Assembly: GCA_965205485.1 (NCBI GenBank)
Contig: OZ242180.1
Location: 928,001-992,000 of the forward strand
Reading direction: 5' to 3'
DNA length: 64,000 nt
Source of the DNA: Candidatus Latescibacterota bacterium
Lineage (GTDB): Bacteria; Latescibacterota; UBA2968; GCA-2709665
Of this stretch, positions 30,441 to 41,283 are shown piece after piece; position 1 is the stretch's first letter; each line of letters starts with the position of its first letter. A program made the translations under genes and the position numbers. The notes under the pieces are model-generated. The model was not told the DNA's origin. It searched no databases and saw only the letters and a list, made by a program, of their open reading frames with translations.

Positions 30441-30755
30441 CGGCCAAATCGCAAAGCTCTGGCGCCGATATTTTCAAGTTGATCTCGGATACAAAGGAAA
30501 CACTAAGCCCTTGATTCAAAATTATCCGAGGATCTGAACGTCGAGTATATGCAGAAGAACAAAGGCAAATTGACGTCAAGGATCCCGGACACTTGACGTC
30601 ACTGGACGTGTAGGGGAGTTTAATCCATGTGAACGACCTCCATGCCGCGTTTTCGCACCGTCACCTTCTGTGCCTTTTGTGCTTTTTGTGGTAAATTGAC
30701 GGATGTCTTTTTTCGAATTAAGATAAGCCTTGATTCCGGTATTGATGGGGCACAG

Positions 30756-30829
30756 GAAGTTCGAGGGCAGGATGCCCTCGCACCGAATGTTTGTGGACCA
30801 TGCCGTGGAAGAGGGCAAAATGCCTTCGG
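30756..30829 (-). repeat. REP-like palindrome, copy 2, with degenerate partner hairpin
   Basis: The reverse complement aligns with 47021-47094 (CCGAAGGCA..GCCCTCT...GCGAGGGCATCCTGCCCTCGAACTTC). Confidence 0.75.
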
Positions 30830-30859
30830 TCCACAGGGTGTTTGTGTCCGGTATAGCGA

Positions 30860-33800
30860 CTACAGAGCCTTACCCGGTCCTGCGGCGACTCGCCACACTT
30901 CGCTGCCGCATGCCATCAGGGTTGCCGTACCGGAGGGTTCCGCGATCGCGCATGGTCCCGGCAACCCGCCCAGAGTCCGGACGTTCCCTGTCCCCGCGAC
31001 CGCGCTGAGCTGTCCCTGATCGTCGATAACGAGCGTCTCGTTTCCGAACGGCGCCAGGTGACGGATGCCCTGCTCGAAGAGACGATGCCGGAGCGGACTC
31101 CCATCCGGATTGTAACAAATCAGGAATCCCTGGCTCGTACCCGCGATCACGCGCTGGTCGGACCCAAGGAACCGGATGCCCGTGACGCGTCCGCCCAGCC
31201 GTTTCACCCAGCGCCTCTCCCATTCCCCGCCCGCATCCAGTTCGAAAATGTGCAGGTTTCGGCCGCGGTTTGCGCCGCAGCCGAGGAAATGCCGGCCTGC
31301 GGTTTCGTGAAACGCCAGCGCCGTGAGGATGCTGGTCCATCCCTCCACGTCCAGGTGCGCCTGAAAATTCCCGCGTGGGTCCAGGATGCGGCATTTCGAC
31401 GTATCGCTGAGCACCTCGCCCCCGACCACGATCTCCGGCTCGCCGCACCCATTCACGTCGGCCACACGGATACGGCCGGGCACCCCCTCGTTGTAACGCT
31501 GGCGCCACCGTTCCCGGCCCGCCCCGTCGAAACCCCGGATCTGGATGTCACCGCAGCCAACGGCAAAGAAGGCCGCCCCGTCGAACATTCCGCCTTCCAC
31601 CTGTACGGGGGCCGGTGTGGGCAGTTCCCACCAGGGCCATGGACAGGGCTCCCGCTCGATGTCCGTCTGCCAGATCCGACGTCCCCGGATATCCAGGCCG
31701 GTCAGCCTGCTCGCGCCGTGACCGACCGCCAGGATTGTGGCCTCGCCCTCCGCCGCGCCGATATCGTACACGGGACCGTCCAGATCCACGGACCAGACCG
31801 GCCCCCGTGCCGGATCGAGAAGGGTAACCAGGCCGCCCTCTGTTCCCACAACCAGCGATCCATCGCAAAGCGGGCGCATCGCGCGGATTCGATCGCCGGC
31901 GTCAAACACGCGGTTGGCACCCGTTTGCTCCGAACGGCCGTCAACGGTGAATCGCATCTTCGAGGACAGTCGCACAGGCAACACGTCGAGGCGCCGCGAC
32001 GTTTCGCATTGTATCAGGCTGATGTCGTCGCCGGACTCGCGAAGGTGGACCGGGGATTCTCCCGGCCCGCACGCCTGCGCGACGTGTGTCAGGCGCACGC
32101 CCTCGCCGGGATCCAGTCGCACGGCGCGGCGCGCCACAAACGTCGATAATACGACATCGTCCGTATGGTAGCGCTCCTTCCACAGTTCCTGATCCCGGGG
32201 ATCCTTGTAACGCAGATGGACGGGCTCTTCGACGACCGCCAGCGAAACGGCCTCACAAGGGTTCTCGATCCGAAACGTCACGTCACCGGCGGACGGGCTC
32301 CGCCTCTCGCAACGCGCCTCGCAGCCGTCCAGGTCCAGCCGGGCGGGGGTTCGGAAGCGGGCCTCGACGGCATAGTCCCCCGCCTGGTTCGCGATGACGG
32401 TATCGTTGAATACCACGCAGCTTTCCGGAAGCAGGTGGACTTCGCGCACCCAGTCCGCTCCCGCGTAGTCCTTCAACCGGATCCGCAGGTACACCTTTCC
32501 GTCTGCATCCGTCTCGTTCGCCTCCAATATCGCGAATCCCGGTATCTCACCGGACTCCCCGTCCAGGACGACCGTGACGGCCGACATGTGCTCGGGGGCG
32601 GAGTGCACGAAACTGTCCTCCTGCACGATGAGCGAGAGACCCAGCCTGGCGTAGTCCAGAATGCCGCCCGCGTCGTCGTACGAATGGCTTCCTCCGCCCA
32701 GGCCGTCGATCAGGAGAAAATCGTCATCGGGCTCCCATCCCGTACGCACCGAGAGCTTGTCGAAACACCGTTCGATCGGGGCCGATGGGGGCGTGGTCAC
32801 AACGCCCGGTGCGCCCTGGGGGTCCCGTTCCCACGCGTGATAGAGGAGCGGGTCCACCGGAACGACGGTCACCCCCACCCGATCGTCCGGCACTTTCGGA
32901 GCCGTCCCTGCGTCGAACGCTCGCGGCAGCGACGTCAGGTTCACCAGGCGGCGTTCCGGCGGCGCGAGGTCGTGGACGAACCGGTACCGCCCGTCGTCGA
33001 AATAGGCTGCGGCCGTCCGCAGGCTGGGTCCGGGAAACTGGCGGTTCAGATCGCTGTCTCCGGCCGAAGGAAGCCATCCCTCGTTGTTCACCACGGCCAA
33101 CGCGGCGTCCGCCGCCTGTCTGGCGCCGCCCTGCTCGAAGTACCCGTGCGAGGGGTCGTTGAGCCCGTATTCCACCATCACCGGTTGCGACATCCACCAG
33201 CCGTGGCAGAGACCGTCGCACAACGGCTTCCATGACGGCCCGTACGGCGCGTATGCCCGCCGGGCGACCTCCTCCCACCGCTCCGGACCGGTCAGTTCGG
33301 GGAAATGCGTCCGGAAATAGGCGGCCGCACAGGCCAACGCCAGGGCCGGGATGAGTTCGTGGTTCTGCCTGGGGACGTGCATGCTCACCACCCTGGGACA
33401 GCGCCCTACATGATGCCATCCTTCGGCGCTTTCGGCCCAGCCGTAGATGAACCGGGTGATGGCAAGCCGTTCCTCCTCGCTGAAGAGGTCCATGTGCTCA
33501 ACCAGCCGCCAGGGCTGCAGGCGGCTGAGGCTGTAGAGGTGCGCCTGGACGATTTTCTCCGACTTCACGTATCCGCTTTCGACAACCGCTTCCCACGCCC
33601 GGCGGTATTCCTCTCCGAGTTCGGGGTCTCCCGTCAGATAGTAGAGATATCCCTTCAGGTCTCCCTGCATCGTATTCGCGATTTGCCACGCGGCAGGAAG
33701 AAGCGGCTCCGCCCGGACTTGAGCCGCCTCGCGTGACGACAGCGGCAGCCGCGTGACGTCCAGCACCGCAAAATGGGGAATCGGATCGTCCAGGCGCGAA

Positions 33801-34201
33801 CTAAACGCGTCCGTGACCGACGCGGCGCCCGCGGCGTCGCTGTACCCCGCGTGGATGACGTTGCAGCCGGTTCCGAAAGGGTTGCAGAGCGTCCGAAGTT
33901 CGAATCCCCCCGGGCCCGGATACCACAGGTCCGTCGCGCTAAGGAACCGGAAGTAGAGTTCGCGCACGCAACGGCTGTCCGCCAGATTGCCGACGACGAT
34001 TACCGGGCGGTCAGCCGCCGTCAGCGCGTCGCCGGGCGGATCATCCAGAAGCTCGGCGTGAGCGTTTATATCCCGCAACGCCCGGTGGATGCGCCGGGCC
34101 GCCGTCCGGCCATGTCCGGACCGGGGCGCCGCCACCAGGACGCCATTCGGGCCGCGAAGAGGCGTTTCCGGTTCCAGCGGACGCGGACGTTCGATTTTCA
34201 T
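30860..34201 (-). CDS. Large heparinase II/III-like plus beta-propeller protein (paralog B)
   Basis: 1113 aa. GNLADS..LYFR..DLWYPGPGGFELRT, RQNH, KPLCD, FDKLSVRTGW..DDFLLIDG..SHSYDDAG, ADVNGCGEPEI; no signal peptide. Confidence 0.75.
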   Translation of the reverse strand: MKIERPRPLEPETPLRGPNGVLVAAPRSGHGRTAARRIHRALRDINAHAELLDDPPGDALTAADRPVIVVGNLADSRCVRELYFRFLSATDLWYPGPGGFELRTLCNPFGTGCNVIHAGYSDAAGAASVTDAFSSRLDDPIPHFAVLDVTRLPLSSREAAQVRAEPLLPAAWQIANTMQGDLKGYLYYLTGDPELGEEYRRAWEAVVESGYVKSEKIVQAHLYSLSRLQPWRLVEHMDLFSEEERLAITRFIYGWAESAEGWHHVGRCPRVVSMHVPRQNHELIPALALACAAAYFRTHFPELTGPERWEEVARRAYAPYGPSWKPLCDGLCHGWWMSQPVMVEYGLNDPSHGYFEQGGARQAADAALAVVNNEGWLPSAGDSDLNRQFPGPSLRTAAAYFDDGRYRFVHDLAPPERRLVNLTSLPRAFDAGTAPKVPDDRVGVTVVPVDPLLYHAWERDPQGAPGVVTTPPSAPIERCFDKLSVRTGWEPDDDFLLIDGLGGGSHSYDDAGGILDYARLGLSLIVQEDSFVHSAPEHMSAVTVVLDGESGEIPGFAILEANETDADGKVYLRIRLKDYAGADWVREVHLLPESCVVFNDTVIANQAGDYAVEARFRTPARLDLDGCEARCERRSPSAGDVTFRIENPCEAVSLAVVEEPVHLRYKDPRDQELWKERYHTDDVVLSTFVARRAVRLDPGEGVRLTHVAQACGPGESPVHLRESGDDISLIQCETSRRLDVLPVRLSSKMRFTVDGRSEQTGANRVFDAGDRIRAMRPLCDGSLVVGTEGGLVTLLDPARGPVWSVDLDGPVYDIGAAEGEATILAVGHGASRLTGLDIRGRRIWQTDIEREPCPWPWWELPTPAPVQVEGGMFDGAAFFAVGCGDIQIRGFDGAGRERWRQRYNEGVPGRIRVADVNGCGEPEIVVGGEVLSDTSKCRILDPRGNFQAHLDVEGWTSILTALAFHETAGRHFLGCGANRGRNLHIFELDAGGEWERRWVKRLGGRVTGIRFLGSDQRVIAGTSQGFLICYNPDGSPLRHRLFEQGIRHLAPFGNETLVIDDQGQLSAVAGTGNVRTLGGLPGPCAIAEPSGTATLMACGSEVWRVAAGPGKAL

Positions 34202-34351
34202 GATCGTCGCCCTCCTGCAGCTTCGGTCCCCGCATCAGGACCGCCGCAAACAAGATCCGAGGTCTTCAATCCCGGTTCCAATTGAATTCCCGCCAACTCG
34301 ATCTGCATTCCAGCGCCTGGTATCGTCCACGGCTCCTGGTTTTGTCGCAAT

Positions 34352-37300
34352 TTATGCGACATATTCCACCACGCCGTCGCGCCTGCCCACCAGCAGCCCG
34401 CCCCCGGGAAACGCAGCCGCCGCAGTGATGGCATTCCCGCCACTCGACCAGCCAACCTCGCCGCTGCCGTCCAGGCCCACCGTCCTTCCATCTCCAAGCG
34501 CCACCAGGCAACCGCCTCCCTCTCCCGGCGACAGGCCGAACACCGGCGCTGCCAGAAAACGATGCCACAGCCTATCGCCACCAGTTTCGAAACACTGTAC
34601 GTAACCGTTCGAGGCGCCCGCGAATATGCGCCCTTCAGCATACGCCACTGACAGCACGGCGCCGCCCGCGTCCGCATCCCACAACACCTCGCCGTCCCCG
34701 CCATAGACGATCAACTGTCTGTGATTCGTATCGACGCCGCTGAGCACTTCGTCGACGCCATCTCCGTTCAGGTCCGCCGCGCGAAGACACTTCGACCACG
34801 AGGGGATTGACCAGCTCATGATATCGGGCCGCGAGAGCGTCTTCACGCACGCGCCCCTGGCATCGAACACACGGACGCACCCGTGAATCGACGGGTCCGC
34901 CATCCCCGCGAGCACGTGAAGGCCGTCCCCGTCACGCAGCCGCGCCACCGCGAGGCAGGTAGGCGGACCCCACTGGCAGGCGGAACGCCACAACAGCGCG
35001 CCGCCCTCATCGAACGCGTAAACGTGACGGTCGGCGCAGCCGGCCAGGATCTCGTCTCTGCCGTCGCCGTCGATATCTCCGGACGCCAGGCTCAGGACTT
35101 TGCAGTTCAGCCACGTCCAGTAGTCCCAGTTCATCGGCTGCCACTCGAGTTGATGCGTCCACACCTCCTGTCCCGATGCGTCCAGCCGGCGCACGGCTTC
35201 GCCATCCCCGCCGGCGACCACCCCGCCGTCGGCAAGGGCGAGAACCGTTCGTACGCGTCCTGACAGACGATGGGTCCATCGCCTTTCACCGTTTCGGTCG
35301 AACGCCGTAACGCCGCCGTCATCGTCGCCCGCGAAGCAGCCCCCTTCCCACACGTCCATCGCCGTAACCGGTGCGCCGCACGATCCTCGCCAGGCCGGCT
35401 TCGCGTCACCTTTTTCGGCGACGAACGGTCCCGCATCGGAGCCGTCCAGGGCGGCGCCCCACGTGGGAAGGACCGCCGCGTCTTCGCCAATCCTGACTTC
35501 GTCGCACCCGGCTGAAAGGGAGACCGTGGCGACCGTCCCCTCGCCTTCAACCCGATAGCCGGACGCTTCGGCAGACATCGCAAACGTCCTTGCTGCGTCC
35601 CTTCGTCGCTCCAGAACAGGGTGGCCAATCTCACCCCTTCATCGGGCTTGAGGGATTTCAGCGAGCGCTGCGCCCACCGCGTTCCACCTTCTGCCAGAGC
35701 CGACGTCACCGGGGCAAGTTCCCGGGCGCCGCTACCCGAATGCCGCATCTCCAGCCGGGCATCTTCCTGGATTGCTCGAAGCCCCCCGTCGGAGGATTCC
35801 ACGTCCCCATACACGTGCCAGCGACACTCGATCAGGTACTCGCCTTCGGCCTTCGCCCGGACTTCGTCGATGACCATAAACCAACCGTCCCGGCTGTTCA
35901 CGATATGGCGATTCCAGTCCGCCTGGCCGGGATACCCCATCGACGTCCCCGCGGCGGAGAGTCGGTCTCCCTCCGAGACGTATCGCAGGGCCGCATACCG
36001 GGACTCGCAGCCGGGCCCCGCGCCGTCAACCGCGACGCTCACCCCGTTGTGGTCCCGGATCGATGCCGGACCCACGCGACCCCCGAACCAGTTCTTTCCG
36101 CGTCCGGTGTACCGGACGATACAGTTTCCGTCCTGATAGGAATGGGAGCCTCCCGAGATACCGCAAAGCAGCAGATAGTCGTCGTCATCCGTCCATCCGG
36201 AACGGAAGTAGACCTTGTCGAACGTCTGTTCGAAAGGCACGTCACGCAGGTAAACACCCTCCGGCGCGAATCCACCGATGTCCTCCAGAGAATCGTAGAA
36301 CAACCTTGAAAGCGGAGCCACGCCCACACGGCCCATCCGCTCCGGCGTTGCGGCGCCTCGTCCCGTCACCCAGGTCCGGAACGGCTCCACGTTCGCACGA
36401 ACAGCCTTCCCGGCCAGGCCGCCCTCGTCCGACGTTCCGCAAAGCTGCAGGTATTCGTCGTTTCCCGTCACGGCCGCGGCCATCAACATGTACTGTTGCG
36501 GCCCGCCTTCGAGATTGCTGTGTGCGACCAGCGCCCTGTCCACGCCCTCCAGATAGGGTTTGCTGGTAAAGTAGTCCGTCTTTCCGGAAGCCAATGCATA
36601 GTCGGCGGTATTGAAGAGTGAAAACGACCACTGGTGCCCCCACGAATCGCACACGGGCTTGTTCGACGTCATCTGCGGCGCGAAGAACACCTCCGCCAGT
36701 TTCATCCATGCCCGCCCTTCAGCCAACCCGTGCACCTGGTGGAAATACCGGCCACCATAAAACAGATCGAGACCGGACATGGTCTGATGGTTCTGCCGCA
36801 CGCGGTCCACACCCACGTGGTTGAGGAATCCGGCATTACCGGCGCCTTCCGTGGACCGGTACAGCCCCAGGAATGCTTCAAGCGTCTCCTCCCGCTGGTC
36901 TCCGGGAAGGCCCGGATGATTCTCGAGAACGGTGAACGGCAGCAGCATGGTCCTCAGGAACCCGTGAATCTGCGGCGGATCGGGCAGGTGGCGTTCGAAC
37001 CACCGCGTGCGCGCGAAGTTGCGGACCTGCCGGCAGAACATCGGGATGAGTTCCTCCAGGCCGGTCTGCACCGCCAGCATCCCGATTTCGGAAATGGCCC
37101 ACATGTAGGTCCAGTCCCCCGGTCCGCTCGTAAACTCCCGCTCCAAAGCCTCGTCGCCCTGGTTCAGCCGCTCCTGTGCAGGCTTCAGGTACAGGTCGGC
37201 CCATCTCCCCAGGTTCACGTGGTACTGAAATGGAAGTTCCGCACCCGACACCCGGATCGTACGGGAAAGCGCTCCTGCCGCATCCTCGACGTCATCCGCC

Positions 37301-37644
37301 TGGCTTACTCCCACAACGATCACGTGCCCCGCGTCTTCCAGAGAATCCGGTGCCGTGCGGATTACCCAGCCGCCGGGCCCGGGCCAGATCCGGTCCGTCA
37401 GATCGTATGCGCGGAAGTACATCGTCCTCACAAACGCGCTGTTCATCATGTTTCCCAGCGCGATCACGTGGCGTCCGCCCGCGTCGAGGAGCGCGTCGGG
37501 CAGGATCTCCACGCCGGCCGAAAGCACATCCTTCAGGGCGGATTGAAGACGCTTCGCCGCGGCCTGATACGGCTCGGAATCGGGCGCCGAAATACAGACG
37601 CCGGCAGCGAGATCCGTCTCGTGAACGGGTTTGCGGAAGTTCAT
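34352..37644 (-). pseudogene. Large heparinase II/III-like plus beta-propeller protein (paralog C), one frameshift near 35590
   Basis: ORFs 35131-37644 and 34352-35578 together align with paralogs D and E. RQNH, KPVCDSWGHQW, SHSYQDGNCI, GDIDGDGRDEI. Confidence 0.75.
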
Positions 37645-37726
37645 ATCGCAATCCTTTCTCCGTGTGCAACTTTGATACCACAGAGCGGGAATTCAAATGA
37701 ATGGGCGGGATGGAGACTTGCGACGC

Positions 37727-40700
37727 CTACCGGTAGCATTCCAGCGCGCCATCGTTCCGTCCCACCAGCAGGCCGCCGTCCGGCCACGCGGATGCCCAGC
37801 CAGCCGCCGTTGCGTCCGGATTCCCGGTGTGCGTCGTACGAATCTCTCCCGATCCGCCCAGACCGACGACCGTTCCGCCTCCCAGGGCCGCCAGAGACCC
37901 ACCATCTCCACGCGGGGCCAGCCCGACCACCGGTTCGGCCAGAAACCGGCTCCACAGGCGTGTGCCGTCCGCCGCGAAACACTGCGCAAATCCGTTGGAT
38001 GCGCCCGCGTACACCCGACCCTCACTGGCGTTGACCGACACGACAGCACCACCGACGTCCGCATCCCACAACACCTTCCCATCCCTGCGATACACGATCA
38101 ACTGACGGTGGTTGGTATCCACGCCACTGAGCACCTCCTCCCATCCATCCCCGTCCACGTCGCCACGTCGACGCACTTCGACCACGACGGAATCGACCAG
38201 CTCATGATATCCGGCCGCGACAGCGTCTGCTCACACGCCCCGTCCGATTCGAATACCCGGATACATCCGTGAATCGACGGGTCCGCCATCCCCGCCAGCA
38301 CCTGACGTCGGTCCCCTTGCCGCAGCCGCGCCACCGCCAGGCACGTGGGCGGACCCCACTGGCAGGCGGAACGCCACAACAGATTGCCCTCGTCGTCAAA
38401 CGCGTAGACGTGGCGGTCCGCGCATCCGGCCAGAATCTCGTCTTTCCCGTCGCCGTCGATATCGCCGGCCGCCAGGCTGAGGACTTTACAGTTCAGCCAC
38501 GTCCAGTAGTCCCAGTTCATCGGTTGCCACTCGAGTTGACAGGACCATACCTCGCGGCCCGACCCGTCCAGCCGGTGTACGGCTTCCGCCTCCCCGCCAG
38601 CCACGACCCCGCCGTCTGCAAGGGCGAGTATCGTGCGTATGCCTCCGGATATTGAATGGGTCCATCGTATCCCGCCGTTCAGGTCGAACGCCGTGATGGC
38701 TCCGCTGTCGTCGCCCGCGAAGCAGCCCCCCTCCCATGCATCGACCGACGCCACCCTTCCGCCGCATGTGCCGCTCCACACCGGCTTCGACTCGCCCCCT
38801 GCGATGACAAACGGCCCCGGCTCGGTTGCTTCGACGATGCGGCCGGCCATTGGAAGTACGACTGCATCGGCTACCAGGTTCACGCCCTCGCTTTCCGCCG
38901 CGAACGAGACCGTCACCGCCCTGCCCTGCCCCTCGATACGATAGCCGGACCCCTCCGGTTCAAGCGTATACGAACGAGCCTGCTCCAGATCGTCGCTCCA
39001 GAAAAGAGTAGCGTACCGCATCCCTTCGCCCGGCTGAAGCGGCTTCAATGAGCGCTGGATCCAACGCATGCCGCCCTTTTCCAGGGCTGCTGTCACCGGT
39101 ATCAGGTCCTGCGACGCGCAGCCCGCGTGCCGCATATTCAGTGTCGCATTACCCTGAACCGAGCGCAGGGACCCATCCGACAGCGTTACGTCTCCGAGCA
39201 CGTGCCAGCGGCCCTCAACCAGGAATTCACCTGCCACCTGCGCCTGGACCTCGTCCACCACGAGAAACCACCCCGCCTTGCCGTATACGATATGGCGATA
39301 CCAGTCGCCCTGACCGGGATATCGCATCGAAGTGCCCGCCACCGAAAACGCCTCACCCTCCTCCACGTATTTCAAGGTGGCGTATCGGGACTCACGTCCC
39401 GGGCCCGCTCCGTCCACTGCGATGTTCACTCCGTTGTGGTCGCGCACCGAGGCCGGACCCACGCGATCTCCGAACCAGTTCCGTCCCCGCGCCGTATACC
39501 GCACAATGCAGTTGCCGTCCTGATACGAATGAGACCCGCCCGATATGCCGTCCAACAGCAGATAGTCGTCGTCGTCCGACCATCCGGACCGGAAGAAGAC
39601 CTTATCGAATGCCTGCTCGAACGGCACGTCGCGCAGGTACACGCCCTCGGGCGCAAACCCGCTGGAACCCTCGAGCGAATCGTAGAACAGCCGCGAGAGC
39701 GGCGCCACGCCCACCCGTCCCAGCCTCTCCGGCGCTATCGCCCGGCGTCCCGTCACCCATGATCGAAGCGGCTCTTCCGGTCCCTTTATGGATCGTCCGG
39801 CCAGGGCATCTTCGTCAGAGACGCCGCAGGGGTGCAGGTATTCATCGTTCCCCGTGGCCGTCGCGGCCATCAGAAAGTACTGCTGCGGGCCTCGTTCCAG
39901 GTTGCTGTGCGCAATCAGCGCCCTGTCCACACCCTCCAGGAACGGTTTGCTCGAAACGTAATCCGAGCGCCCCGACGCCAGCGCAAAATCCGCAGTGTTG
40001 AACAGTGAAGCGGCCCACTGATGGCCCCACGAGTCGCACACCGGCTTGTTGGACGTCATCTGCGGCGCAAAAAAGACCTCCGCAAGCTTCATCCACGCCC
40101 TGCCCTCGGCCAACCCATGCACCTGGTGGAAATACCGTCCCCCATAAAAGAGGTCAAGCGCCGACCGGGTCTGGTGGTTCTGCCGAACCCTGTTCACGCC
40201 GACGTGGCTCAGAAATCCGTTGTTCCCGGCCCCTTCTCCCGATCGGTATAGCGCCAGGAGGGCGTCCAGGGTCTCCTCTCGCATTTCTGTCGGGACGGAC
40301 GGATGGTTTTCCAGGATCGTGAACGGAAGCAGCATGGTCCTCAGGAACCCGTGAATCTGCGGAGGGTCCGGCAGATGGCGCTCAAACCACCGCGTACGCG
40401 CAAATTGGCAGACCTGCCTGCAGAACATCTCCATCAACGCTTCATCCCCGGTCCGGACCGCCAGCATCCCGATGTCTCCGATCGCGCGCATATAGGTCCA
40501 GTCGCCCGCCCCGCTGGTATATTCCCGCTCCAGGTGGGCGTCGCCGGCCTCCAGCCGCTCCCGCGCCGGCCTCAGATACAGATCCGACCACCTCCCCGGC
40601 TGCACGCGGTACTGGAACGGTAGCGTGATACCCGTCTCGGCGATGGTGTTGCTGAGGGCATCCGCCGCCCCGGTAACGTCCTCCGCGCTGCTCACGCCCA

Positions 40701-41031
40701 CGACCACCACGTGACCTACCTCGTCCAGGGAGTGCGGCGCGGTACGGACCGCCCACCCGCCGGGGCCCGGCCAGACCCGGTCCGTCAGATCGAATGCCCG
40801 GAAATACAGCGCCTTCAGGAACGCGCTGTCCATCATGTTCCCAAACGCGATCACATGGCGCCCGCCCGCATCGAGCCGCGCGTCCGGCAGGATTTCAACG
40901 CTATCCGAAAGCGCACCGTGCAGGGCCGCCTGAAGCCGCTTCGCAGCGGCCTGATACGGCTCGTCACCGGGCGACGAAATACAGACGCCGCCAGTGAGAT
41001 CCGTCGCGTGAACAGGTTTGCGGAATGTCAT
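37727..41031 (-). pseudogene. Large heparinase II/III-like plus beta-propeller protein (paralog D), one frameshift near 38163
   Basis: ORFs 38098-41031 and 37727-38185 together match paralog C over the full length; both are preceded by CACGGAGAAAGGA. Confidence 0.75.
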
Positions 41032-41283
41032 TTCACATTCCTTTCTCCGTGCCGGCTTGGACGCAAGGGGGTAGTCGGGTTCGGCGCGCCTGAGTCGAAC
41101 GCGGTTTCTTCCTGATTGCCTGAAAGACTTGCGATCGAAGCCCTGTAACGGTTATCTTGTAATTTCACGGGTGTATCGGTCTATTTCATCGCGTCAGGGT
41201 GATTTTGTACAATCAAAATACAATGACCCGGGCATAGAAACCACCTCAAACCGTACTACAGGTCCACAGATAAGGAGAGCGTT